From Crocinitomicaceae bacterium (GTDB lineage: Bacteria; Bacteroidota; Bacteroidia; Flavobacteriales_D; Crocinitomicaceae), in NCBI GenBank assembly GCA_017983465.1, contig JAGOBK010000007.1, forward strand, positions 33,685-97,684: a stretch of DNA of 64,000 bases, read 5' to 3'. The notes under the pieces are model-generated. The model was given only the letters and a program-made list of their open reading frames with translations, made no database searches and had not been told where the DNA came from. Shown in pieces: positions 9,781 through 20,000 of the stretch (its first letter is position 1; every line of letters begins with the position of its first letter). Made by a program: the position numbers and the translations under genes.

Positions 9781-10455
9781 TTATTGGTTGTTGTAGTCCG
9801 AAAAAGCTTGATCGTTTGCAAAATAATAAATGCGTATTAAAGCTGTATCGTTTAAAAAGTCAATCTTGCCAATCTCTACTCGGTTGATGGATAAACCTGT
9901 TCGTTTTTCCAAATCTGCTTTCATTTCCTCGTATTTGTCCGGCGTAATCAAATCGATGCGTTCGTAATTGATTGTCTTGCGGGTTTCGTGTTTCATCAAC
10001 CAAAGATTCTCCAAAATGAAGGTCAGTAAAATCACCGATACATTGATCACTGCTACCTCTGAAACACTTAATTCATTAGATGCAAGTGCATTCACTACAC
10101 TTATTCCGATGATCATGAACAAGTAGGTCATCTCCTTAATTTCGATGGCATCCGTACGGTAGCGGATAATTCCAAAAATAGCGAATAATCCGAGCCCCAT
10201 TCCTGTGTCAATGTCCATTTGCATCAATCCGAAACACAAGAAAAACGTAATCGTTCCAATTAAGTAATACGTGAATAAATAATCCTTACGCTGCGTTTTT
10301 GGGTAATACAAAAAGCGAATTAAGATGGTTAAAAACAGCAAATTGATACCAAGACGGACAAGCAACACATAAAAGTCATCACTAAACCAAGTCAGAGTTG
10401 AACTGCTCAACGCAGCTTTTTTTAATGGCAGAAGTAGGGAATTAAATAGCATCAT
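9781..10455 (-). CDS. DUF4956-like polytopic membrane protein
   Basis: 224 aa. About 4 hydrophobic helices. GLFAIFGIIRYRT and EMTYLF motifs. Soluble C-terminal tail of about 75 aa. Overlaps the upstream gene by 14 nt. Confidence 0.7.
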   Translation of the reverse strand: MMLFNSLLLPLKKAALSSSTLTWFSDDFYVLLVRLGINLLFLTILIRFLYYPKTQRKDYLFTYYLIGTITFFLCFGLMQMDIDTGMGLGLFAIFGIIRYRTDAIEIKEMTYLFMIIGISVVNALASNELSVSEVAVINVSVILLTFILENLWLMKHETRKTINYERIDLITPDKYEEMKADLEKRTGLSINRVEIGKIDFLNDTALIRIYYFANDQAFSDYNNQ

Positions 10456-11200
10456 GGTTTATTTTCTTTAAATAAAGTAATTTTTTCTTGAAACGGTTGA
10501 ATTTTAATTTGTCCTCGCCGTAAATTTCCACGGATCCAAGGCAATATTTGCTTAAACGATAAGGACGAATTCGTTGTTCTTTCATTAATTGATAGAAAAC
10601 GGAATTTCGATTGAGGTCCTCTTGCTTTAATTCGGCGATGACGAGTTGTTTGAATGATTTCTTTACTCCGTCTTTTTCAAAAAGTATGTTAAAGTCAAGA
10701 GTTAATCGTTCGTTCTCTGTTTTTGAAACCAAAGTGATTCGCTGAAAGGAATTCCACATGGTTGGCACCAAATTTTTATTGGCTTGTAGTTCATTTTGGA
10801 CAAACGCGAGGTCGCTTTCTGGAAGTACTTCATTAAATTGATCGGTGACAATTCGTTTTTTGTCCGTACGGCCTTTTATTTTATGTTTTATCTCTAAAAA
10901 AAACAGATTTGATTCGACATATTTTCGAATGCGCACCTTGAAACGATCTCCTTTTCCATTGTGATGATCTCTAAAAAACGAAAAGCGTTCGTCATCGAAA
11001 TACAGACTTTCGTAATGAGGTGTATTTGTACCCTCGATAGTTAGAACACGGTAGTTTAACGTGAGCAAAGGAAGTAGTGTGTTGAGATCGCTGAAACGGA
11101 AAGCAAATTTGGTGTCCATTCGATTCATCAACTTTACACGATCCATTTCTTGTAAAGTGATGGGTTCAAATGGGTCTAGTAATTCCTTGATTTCGTTCAT
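10442..11200 (-). CDS. VTC-domain (triphosphate tunnel metalloenzyme, polyphosphate-polymerase-like) protein
   Basis: Start re-set to ATG 11200 (M33 of the tracked ORF), which has a TAACTTTG box 11 nt upstream. Charged beta-strand motifs RMDTKF, YFDD, KVRIRKY, LEIKHK, AELK and SKY. Confidence 0.7.
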   Translation of the reverse strand: MNEIKELLDPFEPITLQEMDRVKLMNRMDTKFAFRFSDLNTLLPLLTLNYRVLTIEGTNTPHYESLYFDDERFSFFRDHHNGKGDRFKVRIRKYVESNLFFLEIKHKIKGRTDKKRIVTDQFNEVLPESDLAFVQNELQANKNLVPTMWNSFQRITLVSKTENERLTLDFNILFEKDGVKKSFKQLVIAELKQEDLNRNSVFYQLMKEQRIRPYRLSKYCLGSVEIYGEDKLKFNRFKKKLLYLKKINHDAI

Positions 11201-11211
11201 AGATGTTAAGC

Positions 11212-11219
11212 CAAAGTTA
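11212..11219 (-). promoter_or_regulatory. Bacteroidota -7 promoter box TAACTTTG (VTC/DUF4956 array)
   Basis: Exact match to TAnnTTTG, 11 nt upstream of ATG 11200. Confidence 0.45.
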
Positions 11220-11303
11220 ACAAAATTTGTTTTCCTTTTCCTGACTTGGATGTCTAATGTCAGGAATACTTGTTTCTTCATTGAAAAGTTTTTCATGTTT
11301 CAC

Positions 11304-11311
11304 TACTTTTG
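11304..11311 (+). promoter_or_regulatory. -7 promoter box TACTTTTG (purT)
   Basis: TAnnTTTG match 4 nt upstream of ATG 11316. A TTG lies 20 nt upstream (11281-11283) as a possible -33 element. Confidence 0.5.
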
Positions 11312-11315
11312 TTCT

Positions 11316-12476
11316 ATGAATAAAAAGATCCTACTATTGGGTTCTGGTGAACTCGGAAAAGAATTTGTCATCGCTTGTCAACGTTATGGACAACACGTGA
11401 TTGCTGTCGATAGTTATGCTGGCGCGCCAGCGATGCAAGTAGCAGATGACTTCGAAGTCATCAATATGTTGGACGGTGCAGAACTTGATCGCATCGTTGC
11501 TAAGCATCATCCGGACCTCATCGTTCCTGAAATTGAAGCCATTCGGACAGAGCGTTTTTATGATTATGAGCAACAAGGAATTCAAGTTGTGCCAAGTGCA
11601 AAAGCAGCTAATTTCACCATGAATCGCAAAGCCATTCGCGATTTAGCATCGAAAGATGTAGGGGTTCGCACGGCAACGTATCGATATGCAACTAGTTTTG
11701 AAGAGCTTGCGGCAGGTGTTGAAGTATGTGGAATTCCATGTGTGGTAAAACCTTTAATGTCCAGTTCTGGGAAAGGACAATCGGTGATAAAATCGAAAGA
11801 AGATATTCAAAAAGCATGGGACTATGCCATGGAGGGTTCTCGTGGAGATTTGAAAGAAGTCATCGTCGAAGGATTTATTGATTTCGATTATGAAATCACA
11901 CTTTTAACCGTGACGCAGAAAGATGGTGAAACATTGTTTTGTCCACCAATTGGACACCGTCAAGAGCGCGGTGATTACCAAGAAAGTTGGCAACCAATGC
12001 CGATGAATCCGGAACACCTTGCTGAAGCGCAAGAAATGGCCGCAAAAGTCACTTCTGCTTTAGGTGGAGCTGGAATTTGGGGTGTGGAATTTTTCATCAC
12101 CAAAGAAGGAGCGTATTTCTCTGAGTTATCTCCTCGTCCACACGACACTGGAATGGTGACCCTAGCTGGAACACAAAACTTATCAGAATTCGAATTGCAT
12201 GCACGAGCTATTTTAGGATTGCCTATTCCAAAAATTGAACACATTCAAAATGGCGCGAGTGCTGTTATTTTGGCATCTGAGTCTTCAGATCAAACTCCTT
12301 ATTTTGTTGGACTTGAAAATGCCTTATCCATAGAAAACACGGAAATACGAATCTTTGGTAAACCATCCACAAGACCATATCGACGTATGGCTGTTGCCCT
12401 CGCTTTTGGCACAGAATCTGTTGAAGACTTAGTCGGAAAAGCAAAGTTAACCGCTGCTAAAATCCAAATAAAATGA
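11316..12476 (+). CDS. purT: formate-dependent phosphoribosylglycinamide formyltransferase
   Basis: Start re-set to [19 protein letters not shown]-grasp with SPRPHDTG. 386 aa. The tracked ORF carries an 85-codon antisense-overlap extension. Confidence 0.88.
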   Translation: MNKKILLLGSGELGKEFVIACQRYGQHVIAVDSYAGAPAMQVADDFEVINMLDGAELDRIVAKHHPDLIVPEIEAIRTERFYDYEQQGIQVVPSAKAANFTMNRKAIRDLASKDVGVRTATYRYATSFEELAAGVEVCGIPCVVKPLMSSSGKGQSVIKSKEDIQKAWDYAMEGSRGDLKEVIVEGFIDFDYEITLLTVTQKDGETLFCPPIGHRQERGDYQESWQPMPMNPEHLAEAQEMAAKVTSALGGAGIWGVEFFITKEGAYFSELSPRPHDTGMVTLAGTQNLSEFELHARAILGLPIPKIEHIQNGASAVILASESSDQTPYFVGLENALSIENTEIRIFGKPSTRPYRRMAVALAFGTESVEDLVGKAKLTAAKIQIK

Positions 12477-14236
12477 AATTTTTCATCCTCCTTTTAATTT
12501 GTATTCCCTTCAGTTCATTTGGAATGTCCATTTCGTATGAATTACGAATGCCAAAACCTCAAAATCACTATTTCGAGGTGCAAATGAATATTGCAGAAAA
12601 CGACGATAAACAAATCGAAGTGAAATTGCCCGTTTGGACTCCAGGTTCTTATTTGGTGCGTGAGTTCTCCAAAAACATCAACTTAGTCAAGGTATTCACC
12701 AAAGATGGAAAAGCACTTAAAGTTTCCAAAAAATCTAAAAATGCTTGGTTGATAGATGCCGGAAATGAAAAGAATATTCAAGTGAAATATGAAGTGTATT
12801 CCTTTGAAGTTTCGGTACGTACACCATTTTTAGATTTAAGTCATGGGTTTGTTAGTGGCTCTGGTGTATTTATGTATGTGGAAAAAGCGAAAAATCAAGC
12901 AGGATCAGTGACCGTTTTTCCTCATGAATCGTTTAAGCGAATTTCTACTTCTTTGCCGTTAGATCAAACGTTAAAAGGTGCTGGACAACGATTCACTTTT
13001 GAAAACTACGATCAATTGGTAGATTGTCCGATGGAAATTGGAAATCAAGAAATCTTTGAGTTTTCAGCGGCGGGTGTCTTGCACACGGTTGCGATGTACG
13101 GTGATGCCAATTTTAACGTAGAGCAGCTTAAGAAGGACATGGCGAAAATTGTCGAGGCAGAAACAGCGGTGATTGGAAAAAATCCGAATAAAAATTATAC
13201 GTTTATTGTGCACAATGTTGTCGATGGACAAGGTGGACTTGAGCACATGAACTCGACAGTGTTGAGCGTCAATCGCTGGACTTATGCTGGAAAACAATAT
13301 GTGGATTTTCTCAATTTAGTCGCACATGAATATTTCCATTTATGGAATGTGAAACGCATTCGTCCAATTGAATTAGGTCCATTCAATTACGATGAGGAAA
13401 ATTACACCACATTGCTATGGGTCATGGAAGGATTTACCTCCTATTACGATGAATTGATTCTTCGTCGAACTGGCTTTTATACTGAAGATGAGTTCCTGGC
13501 AAAATTGCAATCTTCCATTAATTATGTGGAAGGATCCCCGGGTTCACGTGTTCAACCTGTTGCACATGCGAGTTTTGATGCATGGGTAAAAGCGTATCGT
13601 CCAAATGAAAACAGTTCTAATACGAGCATGACATATTATTCTCGTGGTTCGGTGCTTGCTTCTGTGATTGATGCGATGATAGTTGCTGATTCAGACGGCA
13701 AAAAATGCTTAGACCACTTTATGCAACAGTTGTATGCCACTTATTACGAAGGATTAAAGCGAGGATTTTCGGAAGCGGAATTCAAGGCGGAATTATCCAA
13801 ATTCGTTGGGAAAAACATGGACGATTTCTTTGCTAAATATGTGGATGGAACGGAGATTATTCCTTACAAGGAATTCTATGCACCTGTTGGATTAAACGTT
13901 CAGGACATCACCACAAATAACCCATCTTTTGGAGCGAATGTACGAGAAGAAGGAGGAAAGGTTATCGTGAAATCCGTTCGATTTGGTTCGAGTGCAGAAG
14001 AAGCAGGAATCAGTGTTGGAGACGAAATCGTCGGCTGCAATGCCTACCGTGTTGATCAATCTATGTTGGAAGGAATGATGAACGGAATGGGGAACATGGA
14101 AAGTTGTGATTTATTAATCGCAAGAGAGGAAAAGTTGTTTTCTGTTCATGTGACCATTCATCCATACAAAAAGCCACAATTTTTATTGACTAAATCGACA
14201 TCGAATGAAAAACGCCTTCATTATTGGCTTCGTTAA
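12473..14236 (+). CDS. M61 family metallopeptidase with C-terminal PDZ domain
   Basis: 587 aa. Signal peptide. [14 protein letters not shown] zinc motif. PDZ-like [10 protein letters not shown]. Confidence 0.8.
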   Translation: MKFFILLLICIPFSSFGMSISYELRMPKPQNHYFEVQMNIAENDDKQIEVKLPVWTPGSYLVREFSKNINLVKVFTKDGKALKVSKKSKNAWLIDAGNEKNIQVKYEVYSFEVSVRTPFLDLSHGFVSGSGVFMYVEKAKNQAGSVTVFPHESFKRISTSLPLDQTLKGAGQRFTFENYDQLVDCPMEIGNQEIFEFSAAGVLHTVAMYGDANFNVEQLKKDMAKIVEAETAVIGKNPNKNYTFIVHNVVDGQGGLEHMNSTVLSVNRWTYAGKQYVDFLNLVAHEYFHLWNVKRIRPIELGPFNYDEENYTTLLWVMEGFTSYYDELILRRTGFYTEDEFLAKLQSSINYVEGSPGSRVQPVAHASFDAWVKAYRPNENSSNTSMTYYSRGSVLASVIDAMIVADSDGKKCLDHFMQQLYATYYEGLKRGFSEAEFKAELSKFVGKNMDDFFAKYVDGTEIIPYKEFYAPVGLNVQDITTNNPSFGANVREEGGKVIVKSVRFGSSAEEAGISVGDEIVGCNAYRVDQSMLEGMMNGMGNMESCDLLIAREEKLFSVHVTIHPYKKPQFLLTKSTSNEKRLHYWLR

Positions 14237-15506
14237 TTTTTGGATACTAGGTTTCACTTTTTTATTTGGACAAAGTCCTTTTAAGAATGTACAGATTCCT
14301 CCTGTTAATTCGAAATATGCGTTTAACGAATGTGAACCTTCTATTGCAATCAATCCACGTAACACTAATGAAATTGCTGCTGGATCTGTACTAAAAGGAT
14401 ATCATTATTCCATTGATGGTGGCCATACTTGGACCAGTAAAAAAATGTCAAGTACATACGGTGTTTACGGTGATCCAGTTTTACAATTTGACCAACTGGG
14501 ACGCTTGTACTACTTTCATTTATCGGATTATTCGAAAGGAACACATCTGGATCGTATCGTTTGCCAAACGTCCAACACAATTATAGGAAAATTTACCTCA
14601 GGAACATTTCCCGCGCCGAATGGAACGAAAGTTCAAGACAAACATTGGGTGGTCATTGATCCAAAAACGAATGTACTTTACATGACTTGGACACAGTTCG
14701 ATGCGTATGATTCAGCAGACCCAAAAGATACATCGATCATTGTTTTCTCGAAATCAATTGACCGAGGAAAATCATGGACAACTCCGAAGCGCATTTCTAA
14801 ATTTGGTGGTGACTGCTTGGACGGAGATAATACCGTGGAAGGTGCTGTTCCAGCCTTAGGTCCGAATGGAGAAATTTATGTGACATGGACCGGTCCAAAG
14901 GGACTGATGTTCCAAAAATCCTTAGATGGTGGCAAAACATGGTTTAGTGAAGAAAAACATTTATCCAAGCAAGTTGGAGGATGGGATTTGCACATTCCAG
15001 GATTCTACCGTGCCAATGGATTGCCTTTTTTAATGTCGGATATGAGTAATGGTCCAAATCGCGGAAACCTTTATTTGAATTGGTGCGACCAACGAAATGG
15101 CGAAGAAAATACGGATGTATGGTTACTGAAGTCAACGGATGGAGGTCAATCATGGTCGGAGCCGATTAAAGTCAATCAAGATCAAACCAAAACCCATCAG
15201 TTTTTAACGACAATGGGAATTGATCAATCGAATGGAAATTTACATTTCGTTTATTACGATCGTCGAAAATACAAGGGTAATTCAACAGATGTCGTTTGGG
15301 CAACAAGTACCGATGGAGGAATAAGTTTCAAGGAAGAAACCATTTCAGAAAAGCCATTTACACCAGACAAAAAAGTATTCTTTGGTGATTATTTGGGTGT
15401 TTCTGCTATCAATGGTCATGTTCGTCCGATTTGGCCGCGCATGGATGAAGGAAAAATTACACTTTGGACTGCCATCATTGACCAACAAAACCAAGATAAA
15501 AAATAA
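14205..15506 (+). CDS. Asp-box (BNR) beta-propeller protein, sialidase-like fold
   Basis: 433 aa. Signal peptide. Five SxDxGxTW-type boxes (SIDGGHTW, SIDRGKSW, SLDGGKTW, STDGGQSW, STDGGISF). I saw no RIP catalytic motif. Confidence 0.7.
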   Translation: MKNAFIIGFVNFWILGFTFLFGQSPFKNVQIPPVNSKYAFNECEPSIAINPRNTNEIAAGSVLKGYHYSIDGGHTWTSKKMSSTYGVYGDPVLQFDQLGRLYYFHLSDYSKGTHLDRIVCQTSNTIIGKFTSGTFPAPNGTKVQDKHWVVIDPKTNVLYMTWTQFDAYDSADPKDTSIIVFSKSIDRGKSWTTPKRISKFGGDCLDGDNTVEGAVPALGPNGEIYVTWTGPKGLMFQKSLDGGKTWFSEEKHLSKQVGGWDLHIPGFYRANGLPFLMSDMSNGPNRGNLYLNWCDQRNGEENTDVWLLKSTDGGQSWSEPIKVNQDQTKTHQFLTTMGIDQSNGNLHFVYYDRRKYKGNSTDVVWATSTDGGISFKEETISEKPFTPDKKVFFGDYLGVSAINGHVRPIWPRMDEGKITLWTAIIDQQNQDKK

Positions 15507-16177
15507 TGAGTATTGCCATACATGATTCATGGAAAGTAGTGTTGGAAGGTGAGTTTCAAAAACCGTACTTTTCTCACTTAACCGAACAAGTTCGCTTGGC
15601 ATATATTGAACATAAAGGAAGTGTTTTCCCAAAAGGATCTCAGATTTTTCGCGCCTTTGATTTGTGTCCATTTGATCAATTGAAAGTCGTGATTTTGGGA
15701 CAAGACCCATATCCAACAAAAGGTCATGCGCACGGACTCTGTTTTTCAGTGGAACCAGAGGTGAAGCCATTTCCAAAGAGTTTATTGAATATTTTCAAAG
15801 AAATTCAATTGGATCTGGGCATCCCAATGCCCGATAACGGCAACCTAGCTCGTTGGGCCGAACAAGGTGTTTTGCTATTAAATTCATCGCTAACTGTAGA
15901 AGAAGGAAAACCCGATTCGCACAAAGGATTTGGTTGGGAAAAGTTCACAGACGCGGTGATTCAAACAATAAATGAACAAAAAACAGGAATTGTTTTCATT
16001 TTATGGGGAGCGAAAGCCATTTCGAAGGAATCCTTCATTGATCATTCGAAGCACCTCATTTTGAAGTCCGTGCATCCATCGCCATTGTCCGCACACCGTG
16101 GATTTTTTGGCTGCAAGCATTTCAGTAAAACAAATGAATTCTTGCGCATGATGGAACAAAGTGAAATTCAATGGTAA
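15506..16177 (+). CDS. ung: uracil-DNA glycosylase
   Basis: 223 aa. GQDPYP, GVLLLN and HPSPLSA motifs. The start overlaps the upstream stop (TAATG). Confidence 0.92.
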   Translation: MSIAIHDSWKVVLEGEFQKPYFSHLTEQVRLAYIEHKGSVFPKGSQIFRAFDLCPFDQLKVVILGQDPYPTKGHAHGLCFSVEPEVKPFPKSLLNIFKEIQLDLGIPMPDNGNLARWAEQGVLLLNSSLTVEEGKPDSHKGFGWEKFTDAVIQTINEQKTGIVFILWGAKAISKESFIDHSKHLILKSVHPSPLSAHRGFFGCKHFSKTNEFLRMMEQSEIQW

Positions 16178-16182
16178 TTCCC

Positions 16183-16190
16183 TAACTTTG
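16183..16190 (+). promoter_or_regulatory. -7 promoter box TAACTTTG (hemE)
   Basis: Exact TAnnTTTG match 6 nt upstream of ATG 16197, inside the 19-nt ung-hemE spacer. No clear -33 TTG. Confidence 0.35.
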
Positions 16191-16196
16191 CACGCG

Positions 16197-17228
16197 ATGA
16201 AATTACAGAACGATTTATTTTTAAGAGCAGCTAGAGGAGAGCAAATCGAACGTTATCCCGTTTGGTTAATGCGTCAAGCTGGAAGAATTTTGCCAGAATA
16301 TAGAGCCGTTAGAGCAAAATTATCTGGATTCAAGGAATTAGTGGAGACACCTGAATTTGCTTCAGAGGTAACGATTCAACCCGTCGACTTACTCGGGGTT
16401 GATGCCGCTATTATTTTTTCGGATATTTTAGTGGTTCCAGAGGCAATGGGACTAACCTATGAAATGATTGAACAGAAAGGACCTTGGTTTGAAAAAACCA
16501 TTCGTTCTCGCGAGCAATTATCGTTCATTGATCGAAATATTGATGTACAGGATCGTTTATCCTATGTAATGGAAGCGATTCGTTTAACGAAGCGTGACTT
16601 AGCTGGACGCGTTCCATTAATTGGATTTGCCGGTGCACCGTGGACCATCCTTTGCTACATGGTGGAAGGAAAAGGATCTAAAACGTTTTCAGAGTCCCGC
16701 AAAATGCTTTACACGGAACCTGAATTAGCTCATGAGTTGCTACAAGAAATCACCAATGTCACCATCGCCTATTTGAAAGCACAAATCGAAGCAGGAGCGG
16801 ATGCCCTCCAATTATTCGATTCATGGGCTGGAATTTTGGGTGATGATCAATATGAAGAATTTGGAATCAAGTACATTCGTCAAATTACGGAGGCCATTTC
16901 CAATGTTCCATTTACAGTGTTTTCGAAAGGAGCAATTAGTTCTTTGCCAAGTTTAGCGACACTTCCATGTACAACTCTTGGTTTAGATTGGAACATGTCC
17001 GTTGATGTGGCACGAACTTTGGTTCAGGAAACAAAGACATTACAAGGCAATTTAGATCCTTGTGTGTTGTATGGCTCAAACGATTTAATTGAAAAGGAAA
17101 CAAGAAAATTGTTAAAATCATTTAAAAGTCAAAGACATATTGTAAATTTGGGACACGGGGTGTATCCCGATATTGACCCAGAAAAAGTAAAAGTTTTTAT
17201 AAATACAGTGAAAAGTTATGAAATTTAA
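16197..17228 (+). CDS. hemE: uroporphyrinogen decarboxylase
   Basis: Start re-set to [25 protein letters not shown] signature. 343 aa. Confidence 0.9.
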   Translation: MKLQNDLFLRAARGEQIERYPVWLMRQAGRILPEYRAVRAKLSGFKELVETPEFASEVTIQPVDLLGVDAAIIFSDILVVPEAMGLTYEMIEQKGPWFEKTIRSREQLSFIDRNIDVQDRLSYVMEAIRLTKRDLAGRVPLIGFAGAPWTILCYMVEGKGSKTFSESRKMLYTEPELAHELLQEITNVTIAYLKAQIEAGADALQLFDSWAGILGDDQYEEFGIKYIRQITEAISNVPFTVFSKGAISSLPSLATLPCTTLGLDWNMSVDVARTLVQETKTLQGNLDPCVLYGSNDLIEKETRKLLKSFKSQRHIVNLGHGVYPDIDPEKVKVFINTVKSYEI

Positions 17229-18465
17229 CCAAAGAACTTTTGGATGTGTTGCCCTTTCATTTGTGGCGATTATGTCTGTTTCAACGAGCTTTGCTCAGAA
17301 AAGTAAAAAGACAAATGAGAAGGAAATTCTCAACATTACCTTCGAAAATGTGAAAGGTGAAGATGTAACGGAACTTAACAATATTGATATTGTAGGGAAG
17401 GGTGTGACGTCTCCAACGGAATTGAAAGCAGACATTTTCCACAAATCTGGATCAGGAGATGTTGCTATTCCATCAAATGTTTATGGAAAAGAAGATCCAA
17501 CGACAGAAAATGGTGGAGAAGTTTATGCTGGAATCGTAACGTACAAGCCTGGTAAAACGGCTGGTGAGCGTTCATATGTAACGATTCAGTTAATGAAAAA
17601 TGATTCACCGGTTACCTTGAAAAAAGGATTAACGTATTGTGTGGAATACTCTTTGTCTTTAAGTGAGTCTTCGAAGTTTGCTTGTAATAACATGGCAGCT
17701 TACTTTTCTAAAGAAAATCCAGGGACAGGAGAGCCGGGAGCGATTTATGTTGCTACAGATCACGTGTTAAAAGGACAAATGAATAAGGTTCATAACGGTT
17801 TCTTTGGATGGGAGAAAGTATGTAACACATACATTGCAAAAGGAGATGAGAAGTACATCACTATTGGAAATTTTGACCGAAATGAGACAACACGATTTGA
17901 AGCGGTAAAAAAACCGAAGGAAAGTGAAGCTGATCCAATTGCTCATGCTTATTACTACATTGATAACGTGATTATCCGTTTAGTTGACAATGTCTCTGAA
18001 TGTGCTTGTTTCAACGCACGTCCACCGAAAATCGAAGATGCATTCTCTACTTTGATTTATGACAAAGCTCCTGAGGTTACGGATAAAATGACTGTGGACA
18101 AGAAAATTGAGGCACATTCAATTTACTTCCGTCAAGGTAAAGCATCGTTAACTGAGAATGCGAAGGAAAATATGAACTTCGTAATCGAGCAAATGAATGC
18201 GAATCCAGCAATGAAAATTGAAATCTCTGGTAATAATGATGAACTTGAGGTTAAAGCAAGTAAAGAAAACGAAGAATACCTTGATTTAGATAGAAAACGT
18301 GTGGCGATTGCCGTGAAGTACTTTGTTGCTCAAGGAATTGCAGAAGAACGAATCATCAAAACATACAAAGGAACATCTACACCAAGTTCTGAAATCGTTG
18401 AAGATGATGAACAAGACGTGAAAGACGCAAAATGCCGTCGAGTAGAGTTTAGAGTGAAAATGTAA
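17218..18465 (+). CDS. OmpA-family protein (C-terminal peptidoglycan-binding domain)
   Basis: 415 aa. Signal peptide. C-terminal OmpA-like region ending in CRRVEFRV. Confidence 0.7.
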   Translation: MKFNQRTFGCVALSFVAIMSVSTSFAQKSKKTNEKEILNITFENVKGEDVTELNNIDIVGKGVTSPTELKADIFHKSGSGDVAIPSNVYGKEDPTTENGGEVYAGIVTYKPGKTAGERSYVTIQLMKNDSPVTLKKGLTYCVEYSLSLSESSKFACNNMAAYFSKENPGTGEPGAIYVATDHVLKGQMNKVHNGFFGWEKVCNTYIAKGDEKYITIGNFDRNETTRFEAVKKPKESEADPIAHAYYYIDNVIIRLVDNVSECACFNARPPKIEDAFSTLIYDKAPEVTDKMTVDKKIEAHSIYFRQGKASLTENAKENMNFVIEQMNANPAMKIEISGNNDELEVKASKENEEYLDLDRKRVAIAVKYFVAQGIAEERIIKTYKGTSTPSSEIVEDDEQDVKDAKCRRVEFRVKM

Positions 18466-18484
18466 GTAAATACTTAAGATAAGT

Positions 18485-18512
18485 AAAAAGCCATCGTCAG
18501 ATGGCTTTTTTT
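18485..18512. terminator. bidirectional intrinsic terminator
   Basis: AGCCATC-gtca-GATGGCT stem-loop flanked by an A5 run and a T7 run, between convergent genes. Confidence 0.75.
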
Positions 18513-19074
18513 ATGCCTTGAAATCTTGTAATGCCAGGTAAAGTTCTTGGGTTGGAAGTCCCATCACATTTGTATACGAGCCTTCTATTTTTTCCACACC
18601 AATGAATCCGATCCAATCTTGAATTCCGTAAGAACCAGCTTTATCAAATGGTTCATAGTTCTTGACGTAGTGAGCTATTTCATTAGCAGTTAATGTGCGA
18701 AAATAAACAGACGTTTTAACGCAAAATGAAGTTGAAAGCCCATTCAAAGAGAGTACAAGCCCTGTGTAGACCTCGTGTTTCTTTCCGGATAGTTTATTGA
18801 GTAATCGAATGGCATCTTTTTCATCTGTAGGTTTGCCGATCACCTCATTTGCTAAGTAGACGATGGTGTCTGCGCAAATTAATAGTTCAGTTGAATCTAA
18901 GTCGTTTTGAAGAGCATTGGCTTTTTGCTGAGCAATCGAAAGAACAATTTGTTCAGGAGTCTCGGACTCGTCAAATTCCTCCGAACAATCGGCTTTTAAA
19001 ATTCGGAATTCAAATCCCATTTGACGCAATAACTCACTTCGTCTGGGAGAAGCAGAACCTAAAACAATTTTCAT
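18511..19074 (-). CDS. maf: Maf-family nucleoside triphosphate pyrophosphatase
   Basis: 187 aa. LGSASPRR N-terminus, KAGSYGIQ motif. Confidence 0.88.
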   Translation of the reverse strand: MKIVLGSASPRRSELLRQMGFEFRILKADCSEEFDESETPEQIVLSIAQQKANALQNDLDSTELLICADTIVYLANEVIGKPTDEKDAIRLLNKLSGKKHEVYTGLVLSLNGLSTSFCVKTSVYFRTLTANEIAHYVKNYEPFDKAGSYGIQDWIGFIGVEKIEGSYTNVMGLPTQELYLALQDFKA

Positions 19075-20000
19075 AAACTATTGGAAAATAAACAGATTAA
19101 GCCAAAGAACATAGACCATTTCATGAGGTGATTAATCCACGTTAATGTGGATTCCTTCTTGATGATATACAACAAGGCACTCGTGAAATTCACCGCTCCA
19201 GACAGTAATAATAGAATCATTGTCACCTTGTTAACCTGAAACCAATCGAAAAAGTAATAACCGAAGATGAACAGAATTAATGGAATTTGGATCAATATGA
19301 TAGTCAAATACGCTGCTTTCTCCTTTCCAATTTTCATTGGTAAGGATTCAACACGAGCGACTAAATCTCCTTGAATGTCGTGAATGTCCTTGTTGATTTC
19401 ACGGGCAAAATTTTGAATGAACGCACAGATAGCAAGGAAGTAAATGAAGGAATAATCGAGGTAAGTAGACCAGGACTCCTCTCGGTAAGGTGAAAAAGGA
19501 ATGGAACTTTCGTTCAGAACTTTGAAGAACCATACGGAAAGTAGCGGAACAAGTGCTGTTAAAAAAGCAATGATTAGGTTGCTAATGATGAGCTTGCGTT
19601 TCAATTGAACACTATAGAACCAAAGTAAATTAATGGAGAGTAGGTGAACGAAAACGAAGATCAATGTAGCGTATTTAACGGATAGATACACGGCAATCAA
19701 AAATGCGATCAGATTAAAACTCCAATGCCATAAAATTGCCCATCTGGACTTCATGAATTTAGAGATTATAACCTTCTCTGGTTTATTGATTCGGTCGGCT
19801 TTCACATCAAAGTAATCATTGATGACATTTCCAGCTGCCGCAATGATCATCGTTGAAAAGATCAGTAGAAAGTAATCCGCATAGTGAAAATCTACTTTTT
19901 GATAACTATTGCTTTTCATAAGGTAAAACGCTACCCCAATCATGGTCATCACAATAATGAGGAGGTTTTTCGCTCGAATGAGTTTTAAAAAGTACTTCAT
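19071..20000 (-). CDS. UbiA-superfamily prenyltransferase (DGGGP-synthase-like)
   Basis: 309 aa, about 8-9 TM helices. Asp-rich motifs NDYFDVKAD and DIHDIQGD. Confidence 0.75.
   Translation of the reverse strand: MKYFLKLIRAKNLLIIVMTMIGVAFYLMKSNSYQKVDFHYADYFLLIFSTMIIAAAGNVINDYFDVKADRINKPEKVIISKFMKSRWAILWHWSFNLIAFLIAVYLSVKYATLIFVFVHLLSINLLWFYSVQLKRKLIISNLIIAFLTALVPLLSVWFFKVLNESSIPFSPYREESWSTYLDYSFIYFLAICAFIQNFAREINKDIHDIQGDLVARVESLPMKIGKEKAAYLTIILIQIPLILFIFGYYFFDWFQVNKVTMILLLLSGAVNFTSALLYIIKKESTLTWINHLMKWSMFFGLICLFSNSL

Noticed and set aside
11061-11315. An 85-codon N-terminal extension of the purT ORF that overlaps the VTC gene.
   Set aside because: The conserved PurT N-terminus starts at ATG 11316, which has a -7 box 4 nt upstream. 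The extension is antisense to a supported gene.
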